A DNA stretch of 63,739 nt, filler included, from Craspedostauros australis (Eukaryota): the NCBI GenBank assembly GCA_030167865.1. It is 8 parts of 8 records of this genome, joined end to end, with 100 filler letters (N's around TTAATTAATTAA, not from the genome) between each part and the next. Parts side by side here need not be neighbours in the genome. Positions count along the whole stretch, not along the records: positions 21,155 to 29,692 come from JALAGF010004264.1; positions 29,793 to 31,764 come from JALAGF010004265.1; positions 31,865 to 45,585 come from JALAGF010004266.1; 5 more parts are not named here. One strand, 5' to 3'. Within the stretch, counting starts at the first letter, position 1; the number at the start of each line of letters is the position of its first letter. Shown piece after piece: positions 24,545 through 35,303 of this stretch. The notes under the pieces are model-generated. The model was not told the origin of the DNA, made no database searches, and saw nothing but the letters and a program-made list of their open reading frames with translations. Position numbers and translations under genes: made by a program.

Positions 24545-25280
24545 GGACAGACTACTCTTCCTTCGTAGTGTGTCCCATGTAGTTTCCTGAAATTCACTAT
24601 TGGCACGACGCCTTCAGACTCCGACGACGACAAATCCTCCTTTCTCTTCTCCTCCTCTTTTCAATCACAGGCCATCACTGACTCAATGGCATGATTACCT
24701 TGATCCAAGTTGTCCTGGAACTATGCTCCTCAGATCCTTGCATTGCAACTTGTCTCGATTCCCTTTCTGACTATGGTTGCCACACTGACACCACAGCTAT
24801 TGCAAGGAGATCCAACCTGCTTCAACACAAGCAGGGAATCCAACTGTGAATTTGCAACACAGCTACTGCTGTGTCTTCATCACAACTTCAACAAGATGCA
24901 AAGCACTTGTGCTGAATGTTGGAAGACAACTGCAGATGGTGAGATCAACAGGCAAGGCACCTTGTCCACCCTCAACACTGAACCCTGAGGATCAGTGCAG
25001 AGCCACACCAACTGTGTGAACATTGTTTCTTCATCCTAACAACAACAACTGATCAACTCGTAATGACTGTAATAGCAAAAGCCAAGATTAGTCCAAACAT
25101 CACTACTGCACTCATCGTTACAGTAACACTACACCAAATGCTCATCCTCCTTGAGAACTGCATTACTCGGTTTTCTTCAACCAGCAGTCTCCAAGGCCCT
25201 TCCCTTCTAGATCGTGTTACAACAGCACACAAAATCCAACTACAACCATTTCTGTTATCACAGTCAGTCCGTCGCAAGCA
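24545..25280 (+). repeat. degenerate dispersed repeat family A, copy 1 (probable TE relic)
   Basis: Colinear similarity to 40108-40780, e.g. GGACAGACTA; GGAACTA(TA)TGCTC.TCAGATCCT; ATCCAAC.TGCTTCAAC.CAAGCA; ACTCATCGTTACAGT; GAACTGCAT. CpG-depleted. Boundaries approximate. Confidence 0.75.
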
Positions 25281-25873
25281 ACGCTTCACAGTGACATAGT
25301 GGGTAGGCTTCATCAAACTATCCAGCATGGCCGCAAGTGCTTTCGCAAGGCATGAACTATGGACCAACTTTCCGATCGCTGCTTTCGCTCATCAGTGTCC
25401 TGATATTGATTTCTGCGCGCTGTGTTGCTCGATCTGCAACTCTGTTCGAGATTGCTGTCTTTGATGTCGCGTACATTCGGCACACCAAACATTAGCAGCC
25501 ACAAATCGTTCCAATTTGGCGTCCCCAACACGTCGACGTACTACTACAATACCGCCGCTCCAGCATGGCATTACCCAGAAGCGAATCTTCAATACAAATG
25601 CAAACCTTAGCGCATGGAAACAGCTGTAGCACAGACTGACTCTCTCAAGCATCACTATCAGCACCGTACAGTTCACTGCACTGATCGGTATCATTCTGTC
25701 TCACGGCTCGGGTGAGAGAGGCGTTCATGCTTCATTCATTTCAGTATGGGATATTGCTGATTCGCTACTATTCCATAATACATTGGTTGCATCTGTGATC
25801 GAATATATCGATGAATAGGTGGGATACCAGCCTTGTGTGCTTGCAGTGTACCAGTATCCGCCCGCTTACGTTC

Positions 25874-28800
25874 TTATTCGTGGTCCGTTAGAACTGATAT
25901 TTCGTCATCCTCGAGATTCTCATCCATGTTGCTCATCTTTCCGTTGTTGCTTGCGTCGCCAGCGTTGTCATCATTTTCAATACTCCTATTCCCCCGATGA
26001 CTCTTGTCACCATGGTGTGACGAGGTTGTTTGCCTCAACGTTGGTTGGTCCACGCTCCCAACCAAGATACTCTGCGCATCGGTACCAAAGCGAAACTGAA
26101 GACGGCTATTGGTTGTCCGTATATATGATGGAAGAATCACCTTCCCCACCGGTGGCTCATGCGTCTTCATAAACCTACCAACCTGATCTTCATCGACGTA
26201 TTGTAGACGTCGTTGTCGAAGATCATCCACCTTTGCCATAGCTCCCCATCGATGGTAGTATGTGCACGCCTGAGTCATGTACTTCGTCGCATCGGAGTCC
26301 AACTTCGTTCTGATGAGATACTCTGCAAACCGTTCACAGGCAAGCCCAGCCTCGTGAAGGTGGCTGACTTCATTGGAAACGAAGATCGCATCCTGGTATG
26401 CTGCCTTGACAGCCATGATGCTGTGACGGTCGCCGTGCTTCGATGTCGCTGCGATGTATTCGGCCCGGATGATGAGATGTCTACTCTTGTGACACTCGCC
26501 TCTGATGGCGGATGAAAGACTCTTCTTGTATGTTTGCCTCAGTAATCGTTTGTATTTGGGACGCTTGGTTTCCTTGTAGAGAGAGGCGGCCATCAATGTG
26601 ATGTAGAGCATGCGCGAACTTTGGTAGTTGTATCCTGGGTCAGCTGTAAAATGCTTGTCCAGACGTTTGAATAGGACCTTCATCGCATCAAACCTCTGGA
26701 AGTAGGTCGCCAATAGTAGTCGGATCCAATATCCAGCTCGGAGCAACGGCAAGGTGTCATGTGTCCTCATGATACCCTCACCAAAGCGGGCCATTTCATT
26801 CCAATCTACTCCTTCTCTCCCAAGAAGAATTGCTGGCATCTTGGCATGCTCCTTGAACCAATCAATACCTGATGATACCTTGAATAGTGCCATTTGCTCA
26901 AACATAGTTTCGTATGAATGTTGCATCTCTCCCAAGGGATGACCCTCCCACGCAGCGACTAGATTGCTGGCTAGCCAAGCGAAGAAGCCAGTCTCAAAGT
27001 CGCCCTGCTGCATACATACAGAGAAGCCTCGATGCATTTTCTCAAGGATCGAAGCTGCTGGTTCATGCCACCCAGATATGAAGAGGCCGTCGGTCATGTC
27101 AATCCACGCCTTGATGTAGGGATCACGATGTTGGTGGATGACTGAATTGGCCAGTTCGGCCAGACGCACGGCCATGGCTTGATTTCCTTGTGCAGCTTGC
27201 ACCATCCCGAAGCTAGCGAAGCCCAAAGCCGCTTCCGCACAGAGGCCATGCCGAATGGATAACCGCACAATCTTCATCACTGACATCATCCACTCCACCG
27301 CATCTCCTCCAGTATATGCACGAGCCATGATCTGGAACATGAACTTGTTTGAGAGGATCTTCTTCTTGTCATTCAGTACCGGAAGCGATAGGATCTGCTC
27401 ATCCGTGTGGCGTCTGAGGTATGATGTCAGCCATAACATATCCCGAATCACGTGCAGCACATATCCGCGCTTGGGGTACCTTCCAAGCAAGCGGACAGTC
27501 TCTCTGTTCATTTTCATGCAGAGATCTTGCCTGTCCTGCTTGGCGTATGCTACTGCCATACAGGAATATACCGACAGCTTCTGTTCGGTTGTGTCTGCCC
27601 TCTCCAATACCTCTCGACCCAGATCGTATCCCAGCTGGTAGTGGCCCAGTGTGAGCTCCGCATCAGCTCGGAGCTGATGTAGACGAAGCGAAAGATCATA
27701 ATGGTTCTCCCACGGGGCGCGGAGCTTGCGGAATGCATTGTAGGCCAGCTGCAAGTACATGGCTGCTGGTGCCAGCGCTGCCATCTTCAATGCCTGCTCT
27801 CCGACTTCCAAGTTGAGCTGAAGGGAGAATGGATGATCCTTGGTTGGTATGCAGTTGAGATGGTCGGCGGCAACGAAGAGCAGGCTCGCATCGATGGTTG
27901 GAAGTGACTGGCCACCGCCTTCGTTGCCGCCGCTGCTGACTGTAGATGGAAGTGGAGATGTTGTTGTTGCTGTCGTTGCAAGCGGAAGTTGGTTCTGTTC
28001 ACAGTACATCCTCCAGATGTACAGCCCGATCCTGTGTTTCAATTTGCTTCTCATTTCGCCGAATGGGACGAGTCCCAATGCAGCCTGCTGGATGCGATCA
28101 TGAGCGAAACGGAATGTCTTGCTCCCGACTGGGTTGGAGAGGAGACCTTCCAGCACCGCTTCTTCCAGATGATCCGACAGCAGCATTGAATCTACTCCAG
28201 ATGTTGAGAGCGTCTCTGCTCCTCCGCCACCATCGTGTTTGACGGTGTTGGTACCTGCAAATACGAACCCATCCATCGGAGGCTTCTGAATGCTCTCTTC
28301 TCTCAGCACAAACTCCAACAGATCAACATCAAAGCTGAAGCGGATATACGACGCGATGATCAGGGCGGTACGAAGTTCGGCGGGCTGGTTGTTGAGTTTC
28401 ATCGCCATCAGCTGGACCACGTTGCCTGCAGATGCGAACGCTTGTTTGCGGCGCTGTTGATCTCCATATTGGGACATGCTCAGATCGTTGCTGCCAAGGG
28501 ATGCATCATCAGGGATGTGCCACTCCCATTGGAATGAGATGCGGCTGTACACGATGGCGTTGCACCGCTCAAGCTCCTCCAGGAGCTGCAGCATGAAGAA
28601 GACGTTGCCTTCCGTCTTGGTGTAGATCTTGGATGTCAACGGTTGCAGCTCCTCCACTTCGCGGTCGAGAAGCTGCGACAGCCACAGTCCGACATCATCC
28701 TGCGTCATGTTGGCGAGATGGATGTCGGTCCATATCGCGCTTGCGTCTTGTGCTGGTGGTGGTTTGGGCCATAATTGGGGATGCTTGGGAGACGCATGGT

Positions 28801-29692
28801 CTTCTGCGTGATGTTGAGAGCTATGCAGCTTGTCGAACATGCTGGCGAGTGGAGATGTCGGGGCTAACTCCAAGGGACAATCGGAGTGCGGGTTTGCTTC
28901 CTGACGGATGGCACCGATCAAGAGGAAGTTGCTGAGCTGTTTGTCTTGCAGCAACGTGGCGAGAAGATCCAAGGCCACTTGGGAGCTCCACTGCATGTCA
29001 TCAAGGAACATGACGACCGGTCGCTTCCTCGTCGCGATGGCCTTGATGAATGATCCGAACATGTACTGCAGCTTGTTCCATGCCTTGTCGCTGGAGGTCA
29101 CCATTTGTTCCACACTGTCGCTCTCGATGGTGCAGTTTGTGCGTTGGTGTCCACCTTGGATTTGATCTCTTGTCGATGATACTGCAGATGATGGTGGCGC
29201 CGGCGATGCTCCTCCACCGGCCTTGCTTCCACTGTTTCCCTTGCTTCCCTTGCTTCCCTTGTTTGCCTTGTCCCTCTTCTTCTCACGCGGCCCATCATGC
29301 AAAGACTCCGTCTCCAGCAAGGATGCGATGGATGGCACGATGGTTGCCATCATCTGCACTTCGCCACCGATAGTGTCGCGAATGATGTCGGTCATGCGTT
29401 TGCGTTCATCTTTGGGTTCGCTGATGACCTGTTGACAAAAGTCGCTCAAGGTTTGAACGATGGCCGAGAATGGGTCCTTGGATCCTGTCGTTTCATCGTT
29501 CTTTCCTTGGATGAAGTATGCGCGCTGTGTTGGCTGCGAATGATTGGCGTTGGTGTTGGTGTTGGTGTTCGTGTCGACTGGTTGATCGTCAGGATTGTTG
29601 CCCTGCTCACCAGCAGCACCAAGGGACGCTGCAAGCTGCTTGACGAGTCTGGATTTGCCAGTTCCGCTGAGTCCCCAAAGGAACGCGGCAGG
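25874..29692 (-). CDS. STAND-class ATPase, copy 2 (5'-truncated; holds the C-terminus). Composite protein is 1418 aa
   Basis: 27326-29692 appears identical to 21155-23521 (offset 6171). C-terminal motifs HEAGLACERFAEY and YYHRWGAMAKVDDL are typical of this ATPase family. Confidence 0.88.
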   Translation of the reverse strand, partial: PAAFLWGLSGTGKSRLVKQLAASLGAAGEQGNNPDDQPVDTNTNTNTNANHSQPTQRAYFIQGKNDETTGSKDPFSAIVQTLSDFCQQVISEPKDERKRMTDIIRDTIGGEVQMMATIVPSIASLLETESLHDGPREKKRDKANKGSKGSKGNSGSKAGGGASPAPPSSAVSSTRDQIQGGHQRTNCTIESDSVEQMVTSSDKAWNKLQYMFGSFIKAIATRKRPVVMFLDDMQWSSQVALDLLATLLQDKQLSNFLLIGAIRQEANPHSDCPLELAPTSPLASMFDKLHSSQHHAEDHASPKHPQLWPKPPPAQDASAIWTDIHLANMTQDDVGLWLSQLLDREVEELQPLTSKIYTKTEGNVFFMLQLLEELERCNAIVYSRISFQWEWHIPDDASLGSNDLSMSQYGDQQRRKQAFASAGNVVQLMAMKLNNQPAELRTALIIASYIRFSFDVDLLEFVLREESIQKPPMDGFVFAGTNTVKHDGGGGAETLSTSGVDSMLLSDHLEEAVLEGLLSNPVGSKTFRFAHDRIQQAALGLVPFGEMRSKLKHRIGLYIWRMYCEQNQLPLATTATTTSPLPSTVSSGGNEGGGQSLPTIDASLLFVAADHLNCIPTKDHPFSLQLNLEVGEQALKMAALAPAAMYLQLAYNAFRKLRAPWENHYDLSLRLHQLRADAELTLGHYQLGYDLGREVLERADTTEQKLSVYSCMAVAYAKQDRQDLCMKMNRETVRLLGRYPKRGYVLHVIRDMLWLTSYLRRHTDEQILSLPVLNDKKKILSNKFMFQIMARAYTGGDAVEWMMSVMKIVRLSIRHGLCAEAALGFASFGMVQAAQGNQAMAVRLAELANSVIHQHRDPYIKAWIDMTDGLFISGWHEPAASILEKMHRGFSVCMQQGDFETGFFAWLASNLVAAWEGHPLGEMQHSYETMFEQMALFKVSSGIDWFKEHAKMPAILLGREGVDWNEMARFGEGIMRTHDTLPLLRAGYWIRLLLATYFQRFDAMKVLFKRLDKHFTADPGYNYQSSRMLYITLMAASLYKETKRPKYKRLLRQTYKKSLSSAIRGECHKSRHLIIRAEYIAATSKHGDRHSIMAVKAAYQDAIFVSNEVSHLHEAGLACERFAEYLIRTKLDSDATKYMTQACTYYHRWGAMAKVDDLRQRRLQYVDEDQVGRFMKTHEPPVGKVILPSYIRTTNSRLQFRFGTDAQSILVGSVDQPTLRQTTSSHHGDKSHRGNRSIENDDNAGDASNNGKMSNMDENLEDDEISVLTDHE

Positions 29693-29792
29693 NNNNNNNN
29701 NNNNNNNNNNNNNNNNNNNNNNNNNNNNNNNNNNNNTTAATTAATTAANNNNNNNNNNNNNNNNNNNNNNNNNNNNNNNNNNNNNNNNNNNN
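29693..29792. other. artificial contig spacer
   Basis: N44-TTAATTAATTAA-N44. Confidence 0.98.
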
Positions 29793-29831
29793 TCATCAGC
29801 CCCGAAAGGTGATAAATTGAACGGAGGGTGC

Positions 29832-31113
29832 TTAGAGAGCGGTGTTGCACACCTCAACGAGCAATGCCTCGTAGTCTCCGCCGGTCTCGCTTCTGACGGT
29901 GTCCTGGACGGTCTTGCCCTCCTTCTCGATGTAGGCCTCCATGACGTCCTTCAGGATATTCTGGTAACGGATGAGTGTGCAGGTGAGCATCAACTCGTTG
30001 GTTCCGAATCCCTTGCATGCCTTGGTGATGAGGTCGGCCACAGCTTCGTATGGCTGGAGCTTCATGGCGAGCATGAAGACAGCAGCATCCTCCAATTGTC
30101 CACCGAGCTCCTTCTTCAGGACCTTGAGGAGGGTGTAGCCGTGCTCCTCGGCGTACGAAGTGTTCAGTGCCTTGAGGTACTCTGGCGGGCATTTGCAGAG
30201 AGTCTTGAAGAGGCCAGCCTCGTCGGTTCCCCACTTGCCCTGTCCTGCGTCGTACAGGATCTCGATATCCTCCTTCATCTTGTCCTCGCTGCCGTGGAAC
30301 TCCTCGTCGTATTCCTCCTCGCAAGCCTGCATGCAGTTCACGATGAGCTTTTCAAAATCGCCGCCCAATTCCTCGTCGAGAATGCGTCCGAGGTCCTCGT
30401 CGTACATGTCGAAGTATGTCTTCTTCAGGATCTGCATGTCCTCGTTGCTGCGTCCGCAGATGATGGGGTAAAGGACCTCCTCCTTGGATCCCATTCCCTT
30501 GCATGCCTTCTGGATCATGTCGCACTCGGCTTGGACTGGCGTCACGGCCAAGAACTTTAGCGCGGTTCCGAAGTCTCCGTTTCCGCACTCGCTCTTCACG
30601 ACGTCTCTCAGCTCCTTGTCGAACATCTCCTTGAACTTGATTGGAATTTGGCATCTTTGTTCCGGTGTGGTTGCCGCAAGAGCCTTGACAAGGCGCTTCT
30701 CATCGGTGCCCCATCCCTTGCAGGCCTCGTTGATTTCCTGCCATTCGTTTGCGTAACAGCAGGGTTTGAAAGTTATCAGATGGAAGGAGGGAAGTGGTGC
30801 CAACGTTGATGAAGAGGCAAAGGGCAATCATGCGAACGAATTGAAGGGAAGCAGGTGTTGGACAGAGATGAAGGAGAAAGAGACGCAGAAGTGAGAATTC
30901 GTCCAAAGTGATTCGTTGGGATTCAGACGCCGTTCCTCCAGTCCGTGTTGCCATTGTCGCAAGGGACACGATTTGATCAAGGCAATGCCATCTCGCCGTC
31001 GCACTCGTGCGAACGCATCATCGTACCTCGCAGATGCCTTCAATCTCCTCTCCGACAGCGTCTGGGGAAAGATCGCCGTCGTAGATCATCTGTGGGTAGA
31101 TTCCGAGACTCAT
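29832..31113 (-). CDS. annexin (330 aa); exons 31113-31027 and 30737-29832
   Basis: Four annexin repeats (KGWGTDE, KGMGSKE, GKWGTDE, KGFGTNE; ELGGDFE, ETGGDYE). Phase-0 intron GTACGA(31026)..GGCAG(30738). Confidence 0.93.
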
Positions 31114-31764
31114 GGTTGCAGTTGGGGTGGGTGTCGGGTGTGCTTGTGGTGCTTGTGGCGGTGGTGGTGACGAGGTTGCTTCGTTGGCGAAGTTTTGCAA
31201 ATTTATGTCAGAGAGAGGAGGCAGTTGGATCTTTCCGCATGTGTCGTCGTGTGTTGTGGTGTGTTGTGGTGTGTCGTGGTTCTGTGTTGCTGGTTTGCTC
31301 ACAAGGGACGGATGTGCGCAACATGCGACGGGCACGAACCATGTGGTGTCATGCGCAACACACACTGCGACGTTTCGCCCTACATTTTCAACGACAAGAT
31401 TCGGAAGAAGAACAGCGAAGCAAGGAGGAGAAGAATCCTTTTTGCTGTTGAGAAAGTCCATTCGTGTATAATCCGGGATTGCTCTGTCGATGGTTGCCAA
31501 ATCGCACATTCGGTTCGCATGTTTATTTGGGGGCGAAAACAAACAAAAGAGCAATTGATCAGTCTGTCTACCCATCCGTGCGATGGATCATTTCGCATCC
31601 CCAAAATCGCGCACCGCAACAAAGAACGAGAATCTTTGCCTCGTGAGCCGTTTGGGCACCGCTGTTGCCACCGACATCGAAACGAATCCATCATTCATCA
31701 TCAACCTCCAACTTTGGCTCCCCGCGCGAAGTGCAATACCAACCATACCAAGATGATGATGCAG

Positions 31765-31864
31765 NNNNNNNNNNNNNNNNNNNNNNNNNNNNNNNNNNNN
31801 NNNNNNNNTTAATTAATTAANNNNNNNNNNNNNNNNNNNNNNNNNNNNNNNNNNNNNNNNNNNN
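31765..31864. other. artificial contig spacer
   Basis: N44-TTAATTAATTAA-N44. Confidence 0.98.
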
Positions 31865-32547
31865 GCAAGCGATTGTTCGAAGGAGTGCGCATCCAACCAA
31901 ACGAGAGACCAACAGAGAAGGCACAAAACCAACGGTCACCACATGATGTCGGAGTAACTCGAAAACCACGACTAAGAGTTGTTGGGTGAGGTCGAAGGTC
32001 ACGACGACAACAAATAACGAGCCTGATGTTCTCCATTGTCTGTCCGACTGTACGTGATTCTCCGAACATGAAGAAATCGCATTGTTTCCAAACACGTTTG
32101 CTGCGTCACTCGTGTCGAACAAGATTTGTTTGTCGAGTGTCCTCGCAATCCGCTCACATTTTTGGCAGATCGTCACAAGATTCACAATCGCATCGCCAAC
32201 ACCCACAACAACAATCCCTTGGTGACGATGCCCAAAGCTACGACACCGTTCATGCTCACAACTCGTGCAAACACCGACAAAAATTCAATCGTTTCCCAAG
32301 TCCCAACCTTGGCCAAACTCGAGAGTCAGCGTCCAAGATGCATGTCATCCACCAAGACAACTGTGTTGCTCCATCACGACGGAAATGGTACCGACTACAA
32401 CAACAACAACAGCAACAACAACAACAGCCATAACGGCGACGACAGTTGGGGACCTGATGGTGCGTCGACACTTTCACCGCGACGCACAAGCCAAGATTGT
32501 CCTCATAAAATCAATCAGTTGACCAATCTGCCCACTGCTACAAACGC

Positions 32548-32593
<46 letters not shown>

Positions 32594-32637
32594 TACCGCA
32601 AACGACAACCTCATCAGACCAGCCAACGCCGTCCACC

Positions 32638-33387
32638 ATGAAGATCTCCATTCTCTCCTTCCTCTTCGTCGCCCTCTCAAACGTCGCCACGACGAACGGG
32701 CAGCTACCAAGCAGTTCGCCATCGTCCGTTCCAACCAGATCGATCGCGCCGTCTGCGACCCCATCGACCTTGCCATCAGCTGTTCCCACCAGGTCGATCG
32801 CGCCGTCTGCAACCCCATCGACGTTGCCATCGGCGGTTCCCACCAGATCAGAGGCACCGTCTTCGACGCCGTCGTCAGTACCAACGAGCATGCCGACAGC
32901 AGCCCCAACCAGCGTGCCAACAGGGTCGCCGTCATCAACACCAACGGATATGCCAACAGGATCAGCAGCACCGACCGGCATGCCAACCGCACGTCCAACT
33001 GATCTCCCAACCCTGTCACCAACAGCAGTGCCAACAGGGTTGCCGACATCAGCACCAACATATATGCCAACAATCACAGCCTCCCCAACCATGAAGAGCG
33101 TCAAGGCCACCAAGTCGCCAAAGACAACCAGCGATACCACAAGTGGCAGCACCAAGGCACCGAAGGCCACCAAGTCCCCAAAGACAACCAGCGATACTGG
33201 CGGAAGCGCGAGCACCAAGGCGCCAAAGTCCACGAAGGCACCGAAGAATGGCAGCACTACGACAACAACGACTACTACCACTGCAGCGAGCAGCACCAAG
33301 GCTCCAAAGACCTCAGAGGTCACGAAAAAATCGAAGACGGCTTCGGCGGATGGTTTCAAGGAAACCAAGAGCAAGAAGGTACGTTGA
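32638..33387 (+). CDS. secreted Pro/Ser/Thr-rich mucin-like protein with KxxK (silaffin-like) C-terminal region
   Basis: Signal peptide MKISILSFLFVALSNVA, PS/PT tetrapeptide repeats, then KATKSPK / KAPKATKSPK / KAPKSTKAPK. A possible intron at 33379-33591 (GTACGT..CACAG) would end the protein KKAST* at 33603. Confidence 0.8.
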   Translation: MKISILSFLFVALSNVATTNGQLPSSSPSSVPTRSIAPSATPSTLPSAVPTRSIAPSATPSTLPSAVPTRSEAPSSTPSSVPTSMPTAAPTSVPTGSPSSTPTDMPTGSAAPTGMPTARPTDLPTLSPTAVPTGLPTSAPTYMPTITASPTMKSVKATKSPKTTSDTTSGSTKAPKATKSPKTTSDTGGSASTKAPKSTKAPKNGSTTTTTTTTTAASSTKAPKTSEVTKKSKTASADGFKETKSKKVR

Positions 33388-34338
33388 AAACGCTGCTCCT
33401 GCCATGGCCCAAGCATCCATTCGTCTATTCATGCAGTCCGTCGTTGCCAGCGAGAAAGCGGCACACATGATTGGCAAACCAGGAGATGGACCGAAACCGC
33501 TACAATCATCAGCACACGCGTCCGTCACTTTGATCTCATCTCACCTTTCGTTTCTCTCCGTGCCGTTGCAATACACCGTCCACAATCACAGGCATCCACG
33601 TAAGCACAATCTGGATACTATCCGACTGTCCTCCAACGCATCCATCCTCCAATGAATGGCTTGGTGGATGATCAACCAAGCGGAACAGATCCGGCGATTC
33701 GGCATTGAGACAGTGGCGGCGTTCCTTGTCAATATGCTCCGCCGCTCTGCGCACAATGACATTCTCATGGAACGGTGCTCTCGAACAGAGATCCAGCAGA
33801 AGCATGGATCAACAAGCCCCTCGTTGAGGAGGCCCTCGCACTCCCATCATGACCTTCGTGGGTTCATGGCGAGATGGAGATGTGTCACACAACTCGAATT
33901 CATATGTACGAGTATGTGAGAGTTCGTGGAGCATCTCCCGCTGTGGCAAATGGACTGCGCGGGATCGTCGACATCTCGATGTATCAAGCGCATCCATGGC
34001 ACACGTACCAACACGACGGCTTGCCCCTTCGTGTACTCGTATGAAAGTCCAAACCCATCACATCCAATCTCGTTTATATCATATAATAGTACACATTGTA
34101 AAGTAAATGTTTATACGTCCAGCCATCGTCTACACTTACGACTATCAGCACGATAGGAGAGCGCGAGCAGAGAAGAGTGCTTGCATCTCTGTTGTCCGAA
34201 CTCAAGAACACGTTCGCCTCCAGTACTCGTCGTCGTACCGTGGACCGTCCACTCGCACGAGTCGAGTGCGGCCGCCGACATCGTTGTGCTCGTCCGTCCT
34301 CCAATGTACTTGAAACGGTGTCACGATAACACCAGTCG

Positions 34339-34517
34339 CGAAAGAGATCGAATAATATGCACATCCATCGGTCCATAAAACTTAACATAGGACCTAACTC
34401 AAAAATGTATTGGTTACCTCATTGTTTTAGAACTGCAAAGGTTACGGATATGTGCTTGGTTTGGATATTGGAGAGAAAAAGTTAGGAGGTTCATTTCAAA
34501 GTGCAGGTCGACTCGCT
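34339..34517 (+). repeat. dispersed ~180-bp AT-rich repeat family B, copy 1
   Basis: Aligns end to end with the reverse complement of 60886-61064 (CGAAAGAGATCGAA..ATCCATCGGTCCATAAAACTTAA..ATATGTGCTTGGTT..GGAGAGAAAA..GGTCGACTC). Confidence 0.85.
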
Positions 34518-35303
34518 GGCCAGGCTCATGTTGCGCGTGGTTTCCTTGAATGAGACTCGGCTCGTTCGCGCTGCTCTTCCATGTCCGGAATCATTATCAC
34601 GAGATGTTTGTGCACACTTGGGACAGGCTTCTTTGTCGGACACGAATGGTCGTTGTGTTAAATGGGACACGCTACAAGCTAGTCCGAACGTGATGAAAAC
34701 GAGATGATTCTAATTAGTCCTACCGGAAGCATCGAGGGCCGCGGCAATGACGGATACCTTGATATAGTCGCACCCTCGATGCCCAAGATGATTGATGACG
34801 ATTACGTGCAAATTGGCACAAAACAAACCAGGCAAGTTAACACACACATGCATTGTCATTGAGAGTTGCAAACCCAAAGGATTCAGATTACTATATAAGG
34901 GTTATAGGGTCGTGTAGGATTGTCAGAGAGTACGCTACCCTCCCGTGGTTGGGCGATACCCGTGTTCGAATGTTAACCCCGTTTTAACCGTTTCACACGT
35001 ATCCCTGTTTGCAGGAACAACAGCAGCAACAGGAACATCACAGACACAGACACAGTTAGTGCCAAGACAGTATCCATGACTCGATTAGTGAATGAGATAG
35101 AGTAGAAGACACAAGCGAAGCTAGAGTTTGTATCATCGTCACAGAGTGCTCTGCTTTGCCAGTACGAAATAGGAAAATGGCTGTAGAGTACGAGATAGAG
35201 CATGCTAGTATGTGTGGCTGTGTATGTAATGATTGAGTAGTTGAAATGCAGATTGGTCTGGTCCAGGGCAATCCGTGGCTGCGTTGTCGATTACGTACGT
35301 TTC

